In this document: one piece after another, positions 45,047 to 58,190 of the stretch
Layout: each line of letters begins with the position of its first letter
Numbering within the stretch: the stretch's first letter is position 1
Assembly: GCA_020137815.1 (NCBI GenBank)
Contig: CM035358.1
Span: forward strand, 310,001-374,000
Length of the DNA: 64,000 nt
Direction of reading: 5' to 3'
DNA from: Hormiphora californensis
Taxonomy: Eukaryota; Animalia; Ctenophora
Position numbers and translations under genes: made by a program
Notes under the pieces: model-generated
Database searches by the model: none
Seen by the model: only the letters and a program-made list of their open reading frames with translations
What the model was told of the DNA's origin: nothing

Positions 45047-45471
45047 ATTTAGTCCAAAAACCAATTAAATAAATTAGTTTGGATGCCCGGGCCCATTTGG
45101 TGTCACGGGGGTAAAACCTTTAGGCTACTGTCATAAATGATGAATATCGAGAGAGATAAAGAAAAACAAATTGTGATATAAAGAGTGAGATATATCGAGA
45201 AAGACGGAGAAATAGTAAGAGAAATATAAATAAAAGAGAGGAAAAAAAAGAGAAAGAGGGAAATATGGAGGTGGAGAGTGGGAGAAAGAGGAAAAGAGGG
45301 GGAAAGAGATAGAGGGAGGGAGAGAAAGAGAAAAGAAAAACGAGAGATGTGTATTGAAAAATAAACGAGATATGCCATTATTTATGACAGTAGCCTAAAG
45401 GTTTTACCCCCGTGACACCAAATGGGCCCGGGCATCCAAACTAATTTATTTAATTGGTTTTTGGACTAAAT
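45047..45471. mobile_element. MITE with 92-bp TIRs and purine-rich spacer
   Basis: Arms 45047-45138 / 45380-45471. Terminal TCCAAAAACCA is shared with the 43197 element. Confidence 0.85.
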
Positions 45472-45593
45472 ACATGTTACATTTCACTTCGATATTCTTG
45501 TTTGCTATTACCACGCATCAAGCAGTGTGCAGATATACTGCAACCATGTGTAATTCCATTGTTTTCAGCTGCACATCTAATCAACGTGCGAGG

Positions 45594-45645
<52 letters not shown>

Positions 45646-45829
45646 AACAGGGGCTGTAGTATTATTATGTTGACTGAAATGACAGAAAGCTTGAAGGGCA
45701 TCACGTACACGTGTACTAAGTAATACATACTGAATCGAGATATATCTTAACAAGTTATATCCATCTGTCAATATTTTTATATCTTAACAGTTATTATATT
45801 CAAAACTAATTAGTTATGTTAATAGGACG

Positions 45830-46977
45830 ATGAGTGGCCAGTTTCCCAACAGCTCCCATTTCCCTGGATTTGGAACCCACGCCGCCCACCACGGATCCGA
45901 TCCTGATACCTGGGACTTCAAGCCCATCGTCCCTCCCATTTCCCTTTCTACAACTTTCAAACAGAGTGCTCCAGGTGTCCCCCCTGTAAGTTTAGAAATC
46001 GGGCTGGATGTGGTGTCCCCCTGTAAGTTCATTACTATTCAGGAATTAACACCCCCCCCCCCCCAAATCTCTAGAAATACGACTACTCGAGAGCAGGGAA
46101 CCCCACCCGAACTGCATTTGAAGAGTGTGTTGCCAAGCTGGAGGGAGCAACGGAGGGATTTGCAGCGAGCAGTGGACTAGCGGCCACTATGCTGATTGTT
46201 AACATGTTGAAATCTGGGGACCACATCCTAGTATGTGATGATGTCTATGGAGGTAATACCGTCATGATAATCGCATGTTAACCCACCCTAGGGTACCCTA
46301 GTCCCATGATAACCACTTTGACTCCCAGGTACCAACCGGTATTTCAATCGAGTGGTTGCCAACTTTGGAATCAGTGTCAGTATGGTTGACCCTATTGATC
46401 TGACCAAGTTTGAGGGGGCCATTCAGGACAATACTGCAGTAAGTCACACACACATAACCAATAATCACTAACTTCCTAGTAGTTATGTTATAGCCTGTTA
46501 GTTAACAATTAACGGTTAGTATACCTCTCCCACAGTTAGTCTGGCTGGAAACCCCCACCAACCCAACACTCAAAATTATCGACATTGCAGCAGTCTGTGA
46601 AATGGTTAACCGTCGGTTTGAGGGGAAAAAGGTGAGTCATCTAGGTATAACATAGGAACACATAAAATTCCCAGGCCTTGCCTTGTTCGGCCCTGTCTCA
46701 CCGTGCCCCGGTGGGTAAAAACATAAGTCATAACAACCTTGTTTATACAGGAATATGAGGTGATTGATTTCAGGCATGGAAGAAAGTCACGCCGCTCCTC
46801 ACCAGTGTAATAATACTATCGAACTAAATAAACACATTTTCAGAAGCCTATCGTGGTGGTGGACAACACGTTTGCTACTCCTTACTTCCAACGACCCTTG
46901 GAGTTGGGGGCATCCCTCGTTCTTAGCTCCGTGAGTTAGAGAGAGTGAGAGAGAGAGAGAGAAAAAGAGAGTGTGAG

Positions 46978-47032
<55 letters not shown>

Positions 47033-47197
47033 GAGTGAGAGATTTAGGTAGGAAACCGTTTATTTAACCCCTCATACTATCCAATTATAGGTAACGAAGT
47101 ACATCAACGGACACACGGATGTTTGCATGGGTGTCATATGTACAAACGACACAGAATTGGCAGAGAAGTTGCGTTTCCTCCAACTGGGTATGTGTGG

Positions 47198-47232
<35 letters not shown>

Positions 47233-48719
47233 CCTCTCTTCTCTCCTCCTCTCTCTCCTCTCCTCTCCCACTCTCTCTCCTCCTCTCTACTCCGTCTCTC
47301 TCTCCTCTCTCTCTCTCCTCTCTCTCTCTCGTCTCTCCTCTCGTCTCTCCTCCTCTCCTCTCCCTCTCTCTCTCTCTAACTATATACTGTTTTGTAGCGG
47401 TAGGACCAGCTCCCTCTCCGTTCGATTGCTACCTGGCCCTGAGAGGAGCTAGAACTCTTCATCTGCGGATGAGGCAGCACGAAACTAATAGTATTACGGT
47501 AGGTGGACCTCAATCAATGCCAATAGGTAGAGGCCGGGTGTATCTCAAGAGCAATGGACCCAGATGTTGTTGGTTCGATCCCAGCTTGCCCTCGCTAGAT
47601 ATTTTGATAATTTCGTCCCTTACTTACAGTATAAAGTAGTTACAGCTAACACCTAACTTACAGCTAACACCCCCTCCTCAGATAGCTAAGTGGCTGGAGA
47701 CTGGAGAGAAGAGTGGGTTTGTTAAGAAGGTCATTCACCCTGGCCTGCCATCTCATCCCCAGCATGAGCTAGCTAAGAGGCAAATGAAGGGATTCTCGGG
47801 AATGTTGTCCTTCGTAATTGATGGAGGTATTGCAGAGGCAACACTCTTCCTTCAATCCCTGAAAATATTTGCACTGGCTGAGAGTTTAGGAGGCTATGAA
47901 TCTCTTGCTGAGTTACCGTGAGTATTGTTTGTGTGTACCAATGAACGATAACTGTAAATTATTCAATTATCACTCAATATTTTCTCACCATTAGGTACCT
48001 TTTAGTTTACACATGGATGTCTTGGGGGAAACTGCGCGTGTTCGCCGTCTGTACTTGTTAAGAAAAAAGCACACAATCGACAAATCGTTACCGCGCAACG
48101 CGCAATCTAAGTCCGGACCTATGAATCTGGGTCTTATCTTCTAATGGAAATTGGAAGATAAGACCCAGCTTCCAAGGTTTAAAACGACCTGCCCTGAATA
48201 AATTATAAAAATTGATAGGTCATAATGTCATATGACTATTTAAAAGGTCAAGGGTATATCAGTTGCCTTGCAACTCAAAGTTGGTATCGAAGACACCTCA
48301 TACTTTGCTTCGCGGCCTTCCGTGTTTGGCGCGCTTCGCGCGCCGGCAAGGGAGGGGTAACTTCGTTACCAAAAGGGCGTCTCGTGAAGAAAGCCCCGGT
48401 TTTGCCCTTTCTCAGTAAAGAGCTTCCCCAAGCTTAGAATAGGTTGGTCAGTCTGAATAACACAGCTCTGTACTCTTTTCAGGTCAGTCATGACTCATGC
48501 CTCAGTGCCTGCTGAACAGAGAGAACTAATTGGAATATCTGATAGTTTGGTAAGTCCTCCTTGTAGACCCTGATACCTCTATTATACAGGCAACATTGTG
48601 TTCTTCCTAACTACTGATTCAGATTATTTAAAATATTTTGTTTTCAGATTCGGTTATCAGTTGGTATAGAGGAGCCAGAGGACTTGATTGCTGACCTCTC
48701 ACAGGCATTTGAAATTGTG
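45830..48719 (+). CDS. CTH: Cystathionine gamma-lyase (last few codons unresolved)
   Basis: [64 protein letters not shown] (PLP lysine), [31 protein letters not shown] over at least 10 exons. Confidence 0.95.
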
Positions 48720-49479
48720 GTAAGTATGCCCTAACTGTAATGAGGGGGGGCTGGTATTATTGAGGGTGGAAGGGAGGAGTTATTTCCTCCACTATCAGTC
48801 TCCAGATAATCGTATATAACCCATCACATGTCTAGAAAAACTTGTTTTGTTCAAACCGGGGAGGGAGGGTCGAACAAGGCAAAGAAAAACTGCCCTCTCC
48901 GAACCGGGCCGAAGGAGAGTGCGAGATACAGCCATGTAGTATGACAACCCATCACACAATCACATGATTTTTGCTACCAGGATATCTTTTACTTGAATTC
49001 TTCCTATTTTCCTATTTTCTATGATATTTATAATGGATATGATAGTTTAGATGGTGGTGTTACCTATAATAACTATTTATGATAGTAAGATGATGATGAT
49101 TAATGTTCGTTCGGATACGGGCGTGTAATGGTCTAGGGGCCGGATAGAAATATTTGCAAATGCGCTACAAAATAGCATTAGCTTGCTAGGTATCTGCTTT
49201 TCTAGCCTTATTTATATTTTCCAAATTCCTTCGCAATTATTCCGGGGGTTACTGCTGTGATATGATTGTTTGGAATAGAATATAGATCTCTTTCAATACG
49301 CGACACGAGGACTAGCTCTTTCTACAACGATTTCTTTTCTCTATCTCTATCTCCCTATTTTTCCGTCCACATTCTAGCAGGCAGCTAGCATAAATAAACA
49401 AAGTTGCTGTAGGACTAGGAGCCGGTTCCTCAGTATTTCATTCTCGATAATCTTGTTCAAACACCATCTCTCGTCTCAC

Positions 49480-49838
<359 letters not shown>

Positions 49839-50310
49839 TCTCTCTCTCTCTCAATCTCTCTCTCTCTCTCTCTCAATCACTCAATCTCTCTATCTTTTTC
49901 TCTCTCTCTCTCTCACTCTCTCTTTTTCTCTCTCTCCCCTCTCTCTCAATCTATCTCTCTCTCTCTCTCTCTCTTTCTCTCAATTCGTCTTTCTCTCTTT
50001 TCAATCTCCAATTCTCCATTATTTATATTATTCATAATCATAAATTTCTGTTCTTTTTTCTCTGTATTTTCTTTTCCCGTTTCCATTTTTTTGATTACTG
50101 CAAATGCCATTACTTCCAAGTTGATTTGCCACAGCAGCAGTTCCCCAGAGCTACACATATATGCTTCCTGCCTGGTACATGTCAAATACTGCACATGTGT
50201 TGGTTCAGATTACTATCAAAATGTTTATGTTAGGGGTATTGGGGCTACATTGGACCGCTATTATTGATCTGCGGTTATGTTTTGTTTAGCTTCTAGTGCC
50301 CTATGAGCGT

Positions 50311-50398
50311 TTGGTGACGCAATCACCCTTACAACTCGTGCGCGTAGCGCGCGAAAACGAAGCCCGCGAAGCGGGCTGAGAGGTGATGGCGTCACCAA
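50311..50398. mobile_element. 88-bp MITE with 9-bp TSD immediately upstream of a TATA box
   Basis: TIR TTGGTGACGC(A/C)ATCACC. TSD TATGAGCGT at 50302-50310 and 50399-50407. Confidence 0.85.
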
Positions 50399-50408
50399 TA
50401 TGAGCGTG

Positions 50409-50417
50409 TATATAAAT
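50409..50417 (+). promoter_or_regulatory. Putative TATA box of the YHYH gene
   Basis: TATATAAAT about 70 nt upstream of ATG 50486. Confidence 0.55.
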
Positions 50418-50485
50418 CCAGACTATTGTTATGTTATAACACACTCTCCCTGAAGTATAGCGCTGTTTCTGGATAGAGCGGTATC

Positions 50486-53182
50486 ATGAGAGCATTAATC
50501 TTGCTCGTCTTGGTAAGTGTAGAAACTATATTTTAATTACTTAGCCATTTCAACTATAATTGACATTGTTTTTCAACCATTGACATTGTCTTACCTTTAT
50601 TCTCCGTACAGGCGCTAGGAGTCATTCACTCCTACGACATCGTCGACCAGCGGGATTTTGAGCGGTGTCACAACGGTGTCAGGGACGGCACTGTCCGATG
50701 TCCTGAATACGTTAACTACCCGGAGGACCATCTTATGGTCTCCAGAAGAAAGAGGCAGGTTGATTCTCGATCCAGAGGAGGCTCTCGCGATAGAGATGAT
50801 GACAGGGGTGGAAGGGACCGAGATTCGGACAGGGGCGGAGACCGGGATTCGGATAGAGGAAGGGATGGTGGACGTGATGATGGACGGGATGGTGGACGGG
50901 ATGGTGGACGTGATGGTGGACGGGATGGTGGACGGGATGGTGGACGGGATGGGGATCGAGATGGGGATCGAGAAGGTCCTCCAGAGGAACCTACTGTCCC
51001 TGAATACCTGTTCCCTGAGCTCCCTTACAACTGGTGTCTGGATATTGAGTGGCGACAAGCTAACAAGGATAACAACTGGGGAAACTGTCTTGCGACTGAG
51101 GAAGATGGTGAAATGAGATATTTCCATTCAAACACTGTCCCCGATTTCTACTATAATCCCTACTGCCCAATCGGCCTGGGACTCGGCTACTGTATTGACC
51201 TGGAGAAGGAGATGGGAACATGTTTCTTCCCCGATTTCATGACCTGTGGTAACACATCTCTCGGGCGAGGTGTCACCGAACTAGGGGACGTGTGGGTACC
51301 AAACGATTTCTATTTTGCGGTCCCTCTGAAACCCAACCCTACTCGTAGTGATCGACCTGGGAGAATGTACGACGCCAGGTCGGTGGGCTCTTTAAAAAGT
51401 TTCGGAGCTGCTCTTGGTGTTGCTATTAACGGTATTCCCATTCTGGGACCAAACGATGCTGGGGCTGTTTCAATTGATGAGGCTGGATTTCAACTGACAT
51501 GCGGAGGTCATGTGACACCTCCTATGGAAGGGGTGGTGGATAGCCTGCCTGCAGGGGGCCCTGCAGCCCTCCCTCCTACATACCATTACCACAAGGCCCC
51601 GGAATGTTTGGAACCATATGTTCAGGACTACAAGGGTATCTCCCGGGGAGCAAGGCCAGACACACACGGAAAACTTACCGGATACGCCCTCGATGGTTTT
51701 GGTATTTACACCTTCCAAGATATTGGTGGAGCTCAGCCGGTGGTGGACGAGTGCGGCGGTCACTTTGGACCAATCTCAGATGACTCAGAGGCAGTTACCT
51801 ATCACTACCATACCCGACCCTATGTACCCTATACCATTGCTTGCCAGGGGCCAGCTCTCGGACAGTGTGATGATACCCAGAGTAGGGAGAGCAACAGTTG
51901 TGGTCTTGGTTGTGGGGCTGATATCTGTGTGCAGCCAGGTACTAGCAGGAAGGAACTGGAAAAGTATCTGGATCAATGGGACAGTGAGTGGCTGGGCAAG
52001 TACAGTATCAACGACTTTGAGGGAAACGGCGACAAAGATGGAGATGATAGAGGCAGAGATGGAGGTAGAGATGGAGGCAGAGATGGAGGCAGAGATGGAG
52101 GCAGAGATGGAGGCAGAGATGGAGGCAGAGATGGAGGCAGAGATGGAGGCAGAGATGGAGGCAGAGATGGAGGAAGAGATGGAGGCAGAGATGGAGGCAG
52201 AGATGGAGGCAGAGATGGAGGCAGAGATGGCGATGATAGAGGAGATAGAGATAGGGGCGGCAAAGGAAAGAACAAAGGTGGTAAGAATAGGGGAGGGGGA
52301 CGAAATCAGGGAGGCAGGGGAGGCATGAGGGGCGATGACGGCCCCGCTATGATTCAGGTTTCAAGTGGAAGCAGAGGAGGAGGCAGGGACCAAGGAGGCA
52401 GGGATCAAGGAGGCAGGGATCAAGGAGACAGGGACCAAGGAGGCAGAGATCAAGGAGACAGGGACCAAGGAGGCAGGGACCAGGGAGGCAGGGACCAAGG
52501 AGACAGGGACCAAGGAGGCAGGGACCAAGGAGACAGGGACCAAGGAGGCAGGGATCAAGGAGGCAGGGACCAAGGAGGCAGGGACCAGGGAGGCAGGGAT
52601 CAAGGAGACAGGGACCAAGGAGGCAGGGATCAAGGAGACAGGGACCAAGGAGGCAGGGACCAGGGAGACAGGGACCAAGGAGGCAGGGATCAAGGAGGCA
52701 GGGACCAGGGAGGCAGGGACCAGGGAGGCAGGGACCAGGGAGGCAGAGATCAAGGAGGCAGGGACCAAGGAGGCAGGGACCAAGGAGGCAGGGACCAAGG
52801 AGGCAGGGACCAGGGAGGCAGGGACCAAGGAGACAGGGACCAAGGAGGCAGGGATCAAGGAGACAGGGACCAGGGAGGCAGGGACCAGGGAGGCAGGGAC
52901 CAAGGAGACAGGGACCAAGGAGGCAGGGACCAAGGAGGCAGGGACCAAGGAGGCAGGGATCAAGGAGACAGGGACCAGGGAGGCAGGGACCAGGGAGGCA
53001 GGGACCAAGGAGACAGGGACCAAGGAGGCAGGGACCAAGGAGGCAGGGATCAAGGAGGCAGGGACCAGGGAGGCAGGGACCAGGGAGGCAGGGGAGGAAA
53101 GGGAAAGGGCAAAGGCGGAAGTCGAGGGGGCAAAGGTGGAAGTCGAGGTGGAAGTCGAGGAGGTCGATCCAGGAGTTTTTAA
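50486..53182 (+). CDS. Secreted YHYH-domain protein flanked by GGRD and DQGGR/DQGDR repeats
   Basis: Exon 1 50486-50512 (MRALILLVL), intron, exon 2 50612-53182 in frame. RRKR furin-type site. ALGVAINGIPI, CGGH, YHYH, GYALDGFGIY, DECGGHFG, YHYH. Confidence 0.9.
52384..53092 (+). repeat. 15-bp coding tandem repeat (RDQGG/RDQGD), ~47 units
   Basis: AGGGAYCARGGAGRC units. 12-bp RDGG arrays at ~50862-50960 and 52050-52230. Confidence 0.95.
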
Positions 53183-54753
53183 AGGGACAGCCGAAACGTA
53201 AAATTCCAGTACAGAAACTAAAAGTAAAAGACTGAGTTATTATTTCTACATTATAGTATGGTATAGTATGGTATAGAAAACACTTGCTGAGCAAATGCAG
53301 CGTTTTTGATGAACCTCAAATCTGAATACATCTCCTGTTATATATCAATTTATTTCAACTTAATTGTCTTCTTAATTGTCTTATTTATTTTTTGACATAA
53401 ACAGAGGATATCAAAACTCACAATTCATTTATATTGTTTCTCATCACCTCCCCGGGGGTTTTCATACTATGTACTATGTAGTAGTAGGTAGGTACTACAT
53501 GGCTGTAACACTAACATCACGCGGCCCGGTGAGGAGATAAGAGTGCAGTCTTTTGTGAGCCAATCCTTGGGCCATAGATCTCCATAAGTGCCGACCAGAC
53601 TGCATTTTATTGCGATAGGTCCTTTGTAGGTACACGGCACCCTCTACAAATAAAAAGAAGAACTCACAACACTGGATAGGGTTTGGGTATTGGGTAATGA
53701 TTTGATTTGAAACTAATTTGCAATATATACAGGAAAAGTAGCACACATAAAAATATAAATATATATAAGTCCCTGTATATAGAGCAGATTAGAGGCAGGT
53801 CTAAGTAGACGCTTACGCCGCAGAGTCATACTAAATCAATCTATAGGGTAATGTAGATAATAAATTAGGTAATATTTAATAAGTTAAAGGTATTGTTTTA
53901 ATAAATTTTATTTTTATTTATTTTAGATTATTTTGTCCTGTCAGTCAATCACGTCATAGTCATGTTGGAGCAAGTGTTTTAGGAAGTAGAAAGATTGCAG
54001 TGTTTAGGGAGGAGTCAGGAGGGAGAGCAGCAAGCAGAAAGTCTTTTCTTCTAGAGCTGAATATTAATAAGGCTGTTTATTTAACACCCAATTCCCTTTG
54101 CAGTACAATAAGAAGAAATAATTGCTGGGAAGAACGTTGAAACACGGTTTGTAATTAAAGGACTGAAGGGGCAAATATCACATTGTTTTTACAGTTTTTA
54201 TGTTGTTAAAGCAATCCTTTATTACCAACCTTAACTATTTTGTCCTAATTTTCTATTCCACGAGTCCTTGATTATATATAATTATATATAATTATACAAT
54301 ATGTTTGGTATGGCTGTCAGTTTGGGCTTGCACCTGCCACTGTTCTTGTGCGCTCCGAAAGAAATGAGAATAGGGTCAGGCCAATGCTCTGACAGGCTTA
54401 CACAGTCGTCAACTGGTCCTAGTTTCAGTCACGTTAAATTCATTGTTTTCTTAGCGAGCGGCTGAATTCTAGAAAATTCAGTGGGACATTTCAATTCCGT
54501 GTCTCTTTGCTGTTGATCTAAACAAGTAAAGAGCTGGAATGTTAGATCATCAGCGAATATGTGTCACATGAGTAAGACTGTAATTTGATACTACTCAGCG
54601 TGTGTCTCTCTTTTTGTCCCCCTCCTCGTTCAAATGTATGTCTCTGTAATTTGGCCATGTTAGGTGTGCTATAGCTTCTTCTTTATTTATATCATCAGTA
54701 TATGATGGAACTGTAAATCATGTCTCATGAATGCAAAACGAGCCGTTAGTCTC

Positions 54754-54821
<68 letters not shown>

Positions 54822-55154
54822 GAATTAGTGTTATCTATCAATTGACGTGTGATTGTGACGCGATATCATGTTAGCGATTCTACTTTTACTCCTTTAACCT
54901 TTTTTCATGTTTTTCTTCCTCTTGCCCCCTCTCTCGGTCTCACACCCCTCTTTTTTATTTTCTCTCTCTCTCTCTATCTCTCTCTCTTTGATCCTCTCTT
55001 TTTCTTTTATCCTCTCTTTCTCTTTGTTGTACAAACAGCGTGCTGTGAGGCTCTTGACTCTTCGACTATTGAGTTACATGATACATTCGTTATCGTGTTG
55101 TGGCAGTAGTACATTTCATTGTGTACACTGTGTACATTGTGTACATTTTATACA

Positions 55155-55740
55155 CTAGTAAGCCCGCTCGCCCTACGGGCGAATGTCGGGGATGGTCAAT
55201 GGTCAATGGTCATACAGTAAACTAAGCAAATAGTGTAGTATCATTTGAAATTTTTAAAATCAGTAAATTTATCAGGTAAATTAACCACAGCGATTCTTTC
55301 GACAGAAAAACCACGGGTCCTCTTTTGCCAGGTCCTGAAGTATTTTATGAAGGAGCACATTTGTAAAATACTTTCACGTATTTCTGCCATTTCTTATTAG
55401 TGCCATTGATACTTTGTTATTACGTGTGTTGACAACATTTTTTGAATAATAATCACCTCTTTTGTAGGATTCTATCACGTAGTCTATAGGCGTCAGCGCC
55501 AGTTTGGGACATATGGCTCCTCCAAACTCGCTGGCGATTGTGTTGAAGTTGAGTAGTCATGTTCACGAAACGTGGTGAACAGGGGGTGAACAGATCAAAT
55601 CGAGCAAACGATCAATCACACAACCGGCAGAGAGATGAATCAAGGATGCACGTGCAGTTTAAGGCTCAAGCTGGCAGGTTGCCAGGGTCCCTCTAGGGAC
55701 AACACGTGCAAAAGGCCATTTCCAGGAATTTTGTGCCATA
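55155..55740 (-). mobile_element. Helitron-like element related to the 6222 family (5' end uncertain)
   Basis: ACTAGTAAGCCCGCTCGCCCTACGGGCGAA terminus. Shares paired CACGTGCA motifs. Confidence 0.55.
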
Positions 55741-55774
55741 TTTGGTAAAAAAACCATCACCCATCATTTCCCTA

Positions 55775-56076
55775 TCTCTATTATAATTTGAAGATGAACG
55801 ACGTCGAAGTGGCCGTTCGTTAGGCGGTATCTAAGCGACAGACTGCTCCTTCATAAAACACTTTATGTGACCAAAGCTGTAAAGCTGTCATTCACACTTT
55901 GGAACTTCCAGTGGAAGTTTGTTAATATTTTCGAATGACTTTTAACAGGCCAGTCACCATAGTTACCAATTCAGTTGCCATGGCAACCGTTGAAAGGGGC
56001 GAAAAGAACCACCCGGCGAAGCCGGGTGGGTTAACAAAAAGCCCTTATATTGAGGCGCACCCAATGGGTGCGCTAG
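55775..56076 (+). mobile_element. Short non-autonomous Helitron
   Basis: A|TCTCTATTATA start. 3' hairpins CACCCGGCGAAGCCGGGTG and GCGCACCCAATGGGTGCGC ending in CTAG|T. Confidence 0.6.
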
Positions 56077-56101
56077 TTTGCTTTAATAATAGTATGATTA
56101 T

Positions 56102-56401
56102 CAGGGGTGTAGGAATGATTTTTCAAGTGAGGGGGCGAAGTCACGTGACCAATTACAGCGCTGGCCAGCGCCCATGAAAATTTTTTGTGAGCAGGATTTA
56201 GCCACCTATTCCATTGCATTTACTATACATCGGGCGGAGCGACAGCGGAGCCCGAGAAAATTTTTAGGGTTTTGAGCCAAAAAGTCATGATTTCGTCATT
56301 TGGGAGTGAGTGTTGACTGTTGGCGACAAAAGTGAGGGGGCGAACCTGGCCAAAAGTGGGGGGGCGGCCGCCCCCCTCGCCCCCCTATTCCTACACCCCT
56401 G
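56102..56401. mobile_element. hAT-type MITE
   Basis: TIR CAGGGGTGTAGGAAT / ATTCCTACACCCCTG. TSD imperfect. Confidence 0.75.
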
Positions 56402-56440
56402 TACATTATGTACAGTTCTGGGAATATATTGTATATTCCA

Positions 56441-56583
<143 letters not shown>

Positions 56584-56759
56584 TGGTTCTTTTATTCACA
56601 ACTAAACTCTGTGAGGAACAGCTGTGTGTATCATCCACATCCCCTGCGTGGTAGTCTGCTATAGTCTCTGTGTGCTGTCGTGTTCTAAAACGGCCCGTAC
56701 AAGTTGTGTGTAACTAGTTAATTTAGCTAATTACTAATAGCCCATACAGATCAACCAGA

Positions 56760-58190
56760 ATGTCTGAAAACCCGCCACCGTATTCTGAGGGAGTTGATAA
56801 TGAAGGATACAAGGGAGAACCGTCAGTTCCCCCTGCCTACCAAGGCTATGCGCCTCAAGAATACCCAACAGATCCTGGTGCAGGTGAGACACATGCAGTG
56901 TACTTTAGCAGTGTACTAAAATCAGACAGTATATTCACCCTATAATACATACCTACTTGAAACATTCTCTTTTCTTGTTTAGATGGTGTGTTCATCCTGC
57001 TAAAATTCTATCAGCACCCGCCCCCCCCAAGGCCCATACCCTGTTAGACGCTAGTAGCGGGAACTAGAAACTCACACTCCCCCATTACCCCTGCAGGCTA
57101 CGCAGAAACTACCCCATTAGCACCCGGAGCGCATCCTGCAGTTATCTATCAGACAGCGATGGTGTGGGGTCGCAGTCCCGTGTCGACTACCTGTCTACAC
57201 TGCAACAATCCCATCATCACCAACACTCAATATGTTGTCGGTAAGTCACTTACTAAGTGGGCCAGTAGCTAACTCCACATTGATGAGGGCACGCTTTTGT
57301 AGGATATAAGCGGCATGTGTTTTTTGGCACCAGCGCCCCGCTCAGACTAAGAGCACAGCGAGATGGGGGTATCATTCCTTCTTTCTTTAATCACTACTAG
57401 TAGGCCCGTTCGCCCTACGGGCGAATTTCGGGGAAATGGTAGCTGGATTAGGGAACGCTGACATCACCTGCACCATCCGTTCCTAGCCTATCTCTCACTT
57501 TCTCCCTACCCATGTTGTTGTACGCTCTGGGCTTCCTGACAATGTCAAGGTGCGAATTTAAGAGATCAATGTCAAGGAGGTGCAGCTGCAGTGCTGTTCC
57601 AGAAATTCATCACGTGAAAATTTGGCCGCTATGTAGCCGATTCGGAGATTTCTATATTCGACTGGAGTAATCACCCTTGGGTGACGTTGGGTAAAGCTAT
57701 CCGTAGTCGTTGATTAGCTCGCTTGAACACGTTGGCGTAATCTGTCATATTCTCTAGCCTGCTCTCTGACAGCAGCAGATCTTCCGGACCCAGATGACTG
57801 TTGCCGAATAGCGCTTGGGGTTGAAGAGTTAGACATCAGGACAAAAGTAAAAGAATGCACGTGCAGAATTGAATTTCCCTTAGTACCCAAAACTGCAACT
57901 GGGTAGTGAGGTTTCTAAGTTGCTCTAATAATTGCACGTGCAGGTGTAGTTGCTAGGTGACATGTGTCACACAATTTGCTTAGTAAGTAGTATGATTATT
58001 ATACCTAGTAATCCCTAATCGTACACCTACTTCTCAGGAACGTTCACGTGGCTGCTGGCTGCCCTAATATTCCTGGTTGGAGGATGGCTCTTCTGTCTTG
58101 ATCCCTTTGCGGGGCCCTTTTCAAAGTTCCGAATTATTGCCCCAACTGAACAACCAAAAAAGGGGGAAGACTGGTTGGGGCCCAGTGAAG
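56760..58190 (+). CDS. LITAF/CDIP1-family zinc-ribbon membrane protein (3' end corrupted by sequence error)
   Basis: PPPY/PPAY motifs. Exon 57098-57240 SPVSTTCLHCNNPIITNTQYVV, exon from 58038 GTFTWLLAALIFLVGGWLFCL. Confidence 0.8.
57397..57995 (-). mobile_element. 5'-truncated copy of the 6222 Helitron in a LITAF intron
   Basis: Colinear high similarity to 6222-6812. Confidence 0.85.

Noticed and set aside
52347-53294. Antisense and alternative-frame ORFs over the repeats (also 4185-4775, 11069-11830)
   Set aside because: Stop-free by-products of tandem repeats.
53495-54600. Possible - strand multi-exon gene (similarly 2914-3064)
   Set aside because: Some splice-like signals, but I could not build a consistent model or recognise a family.
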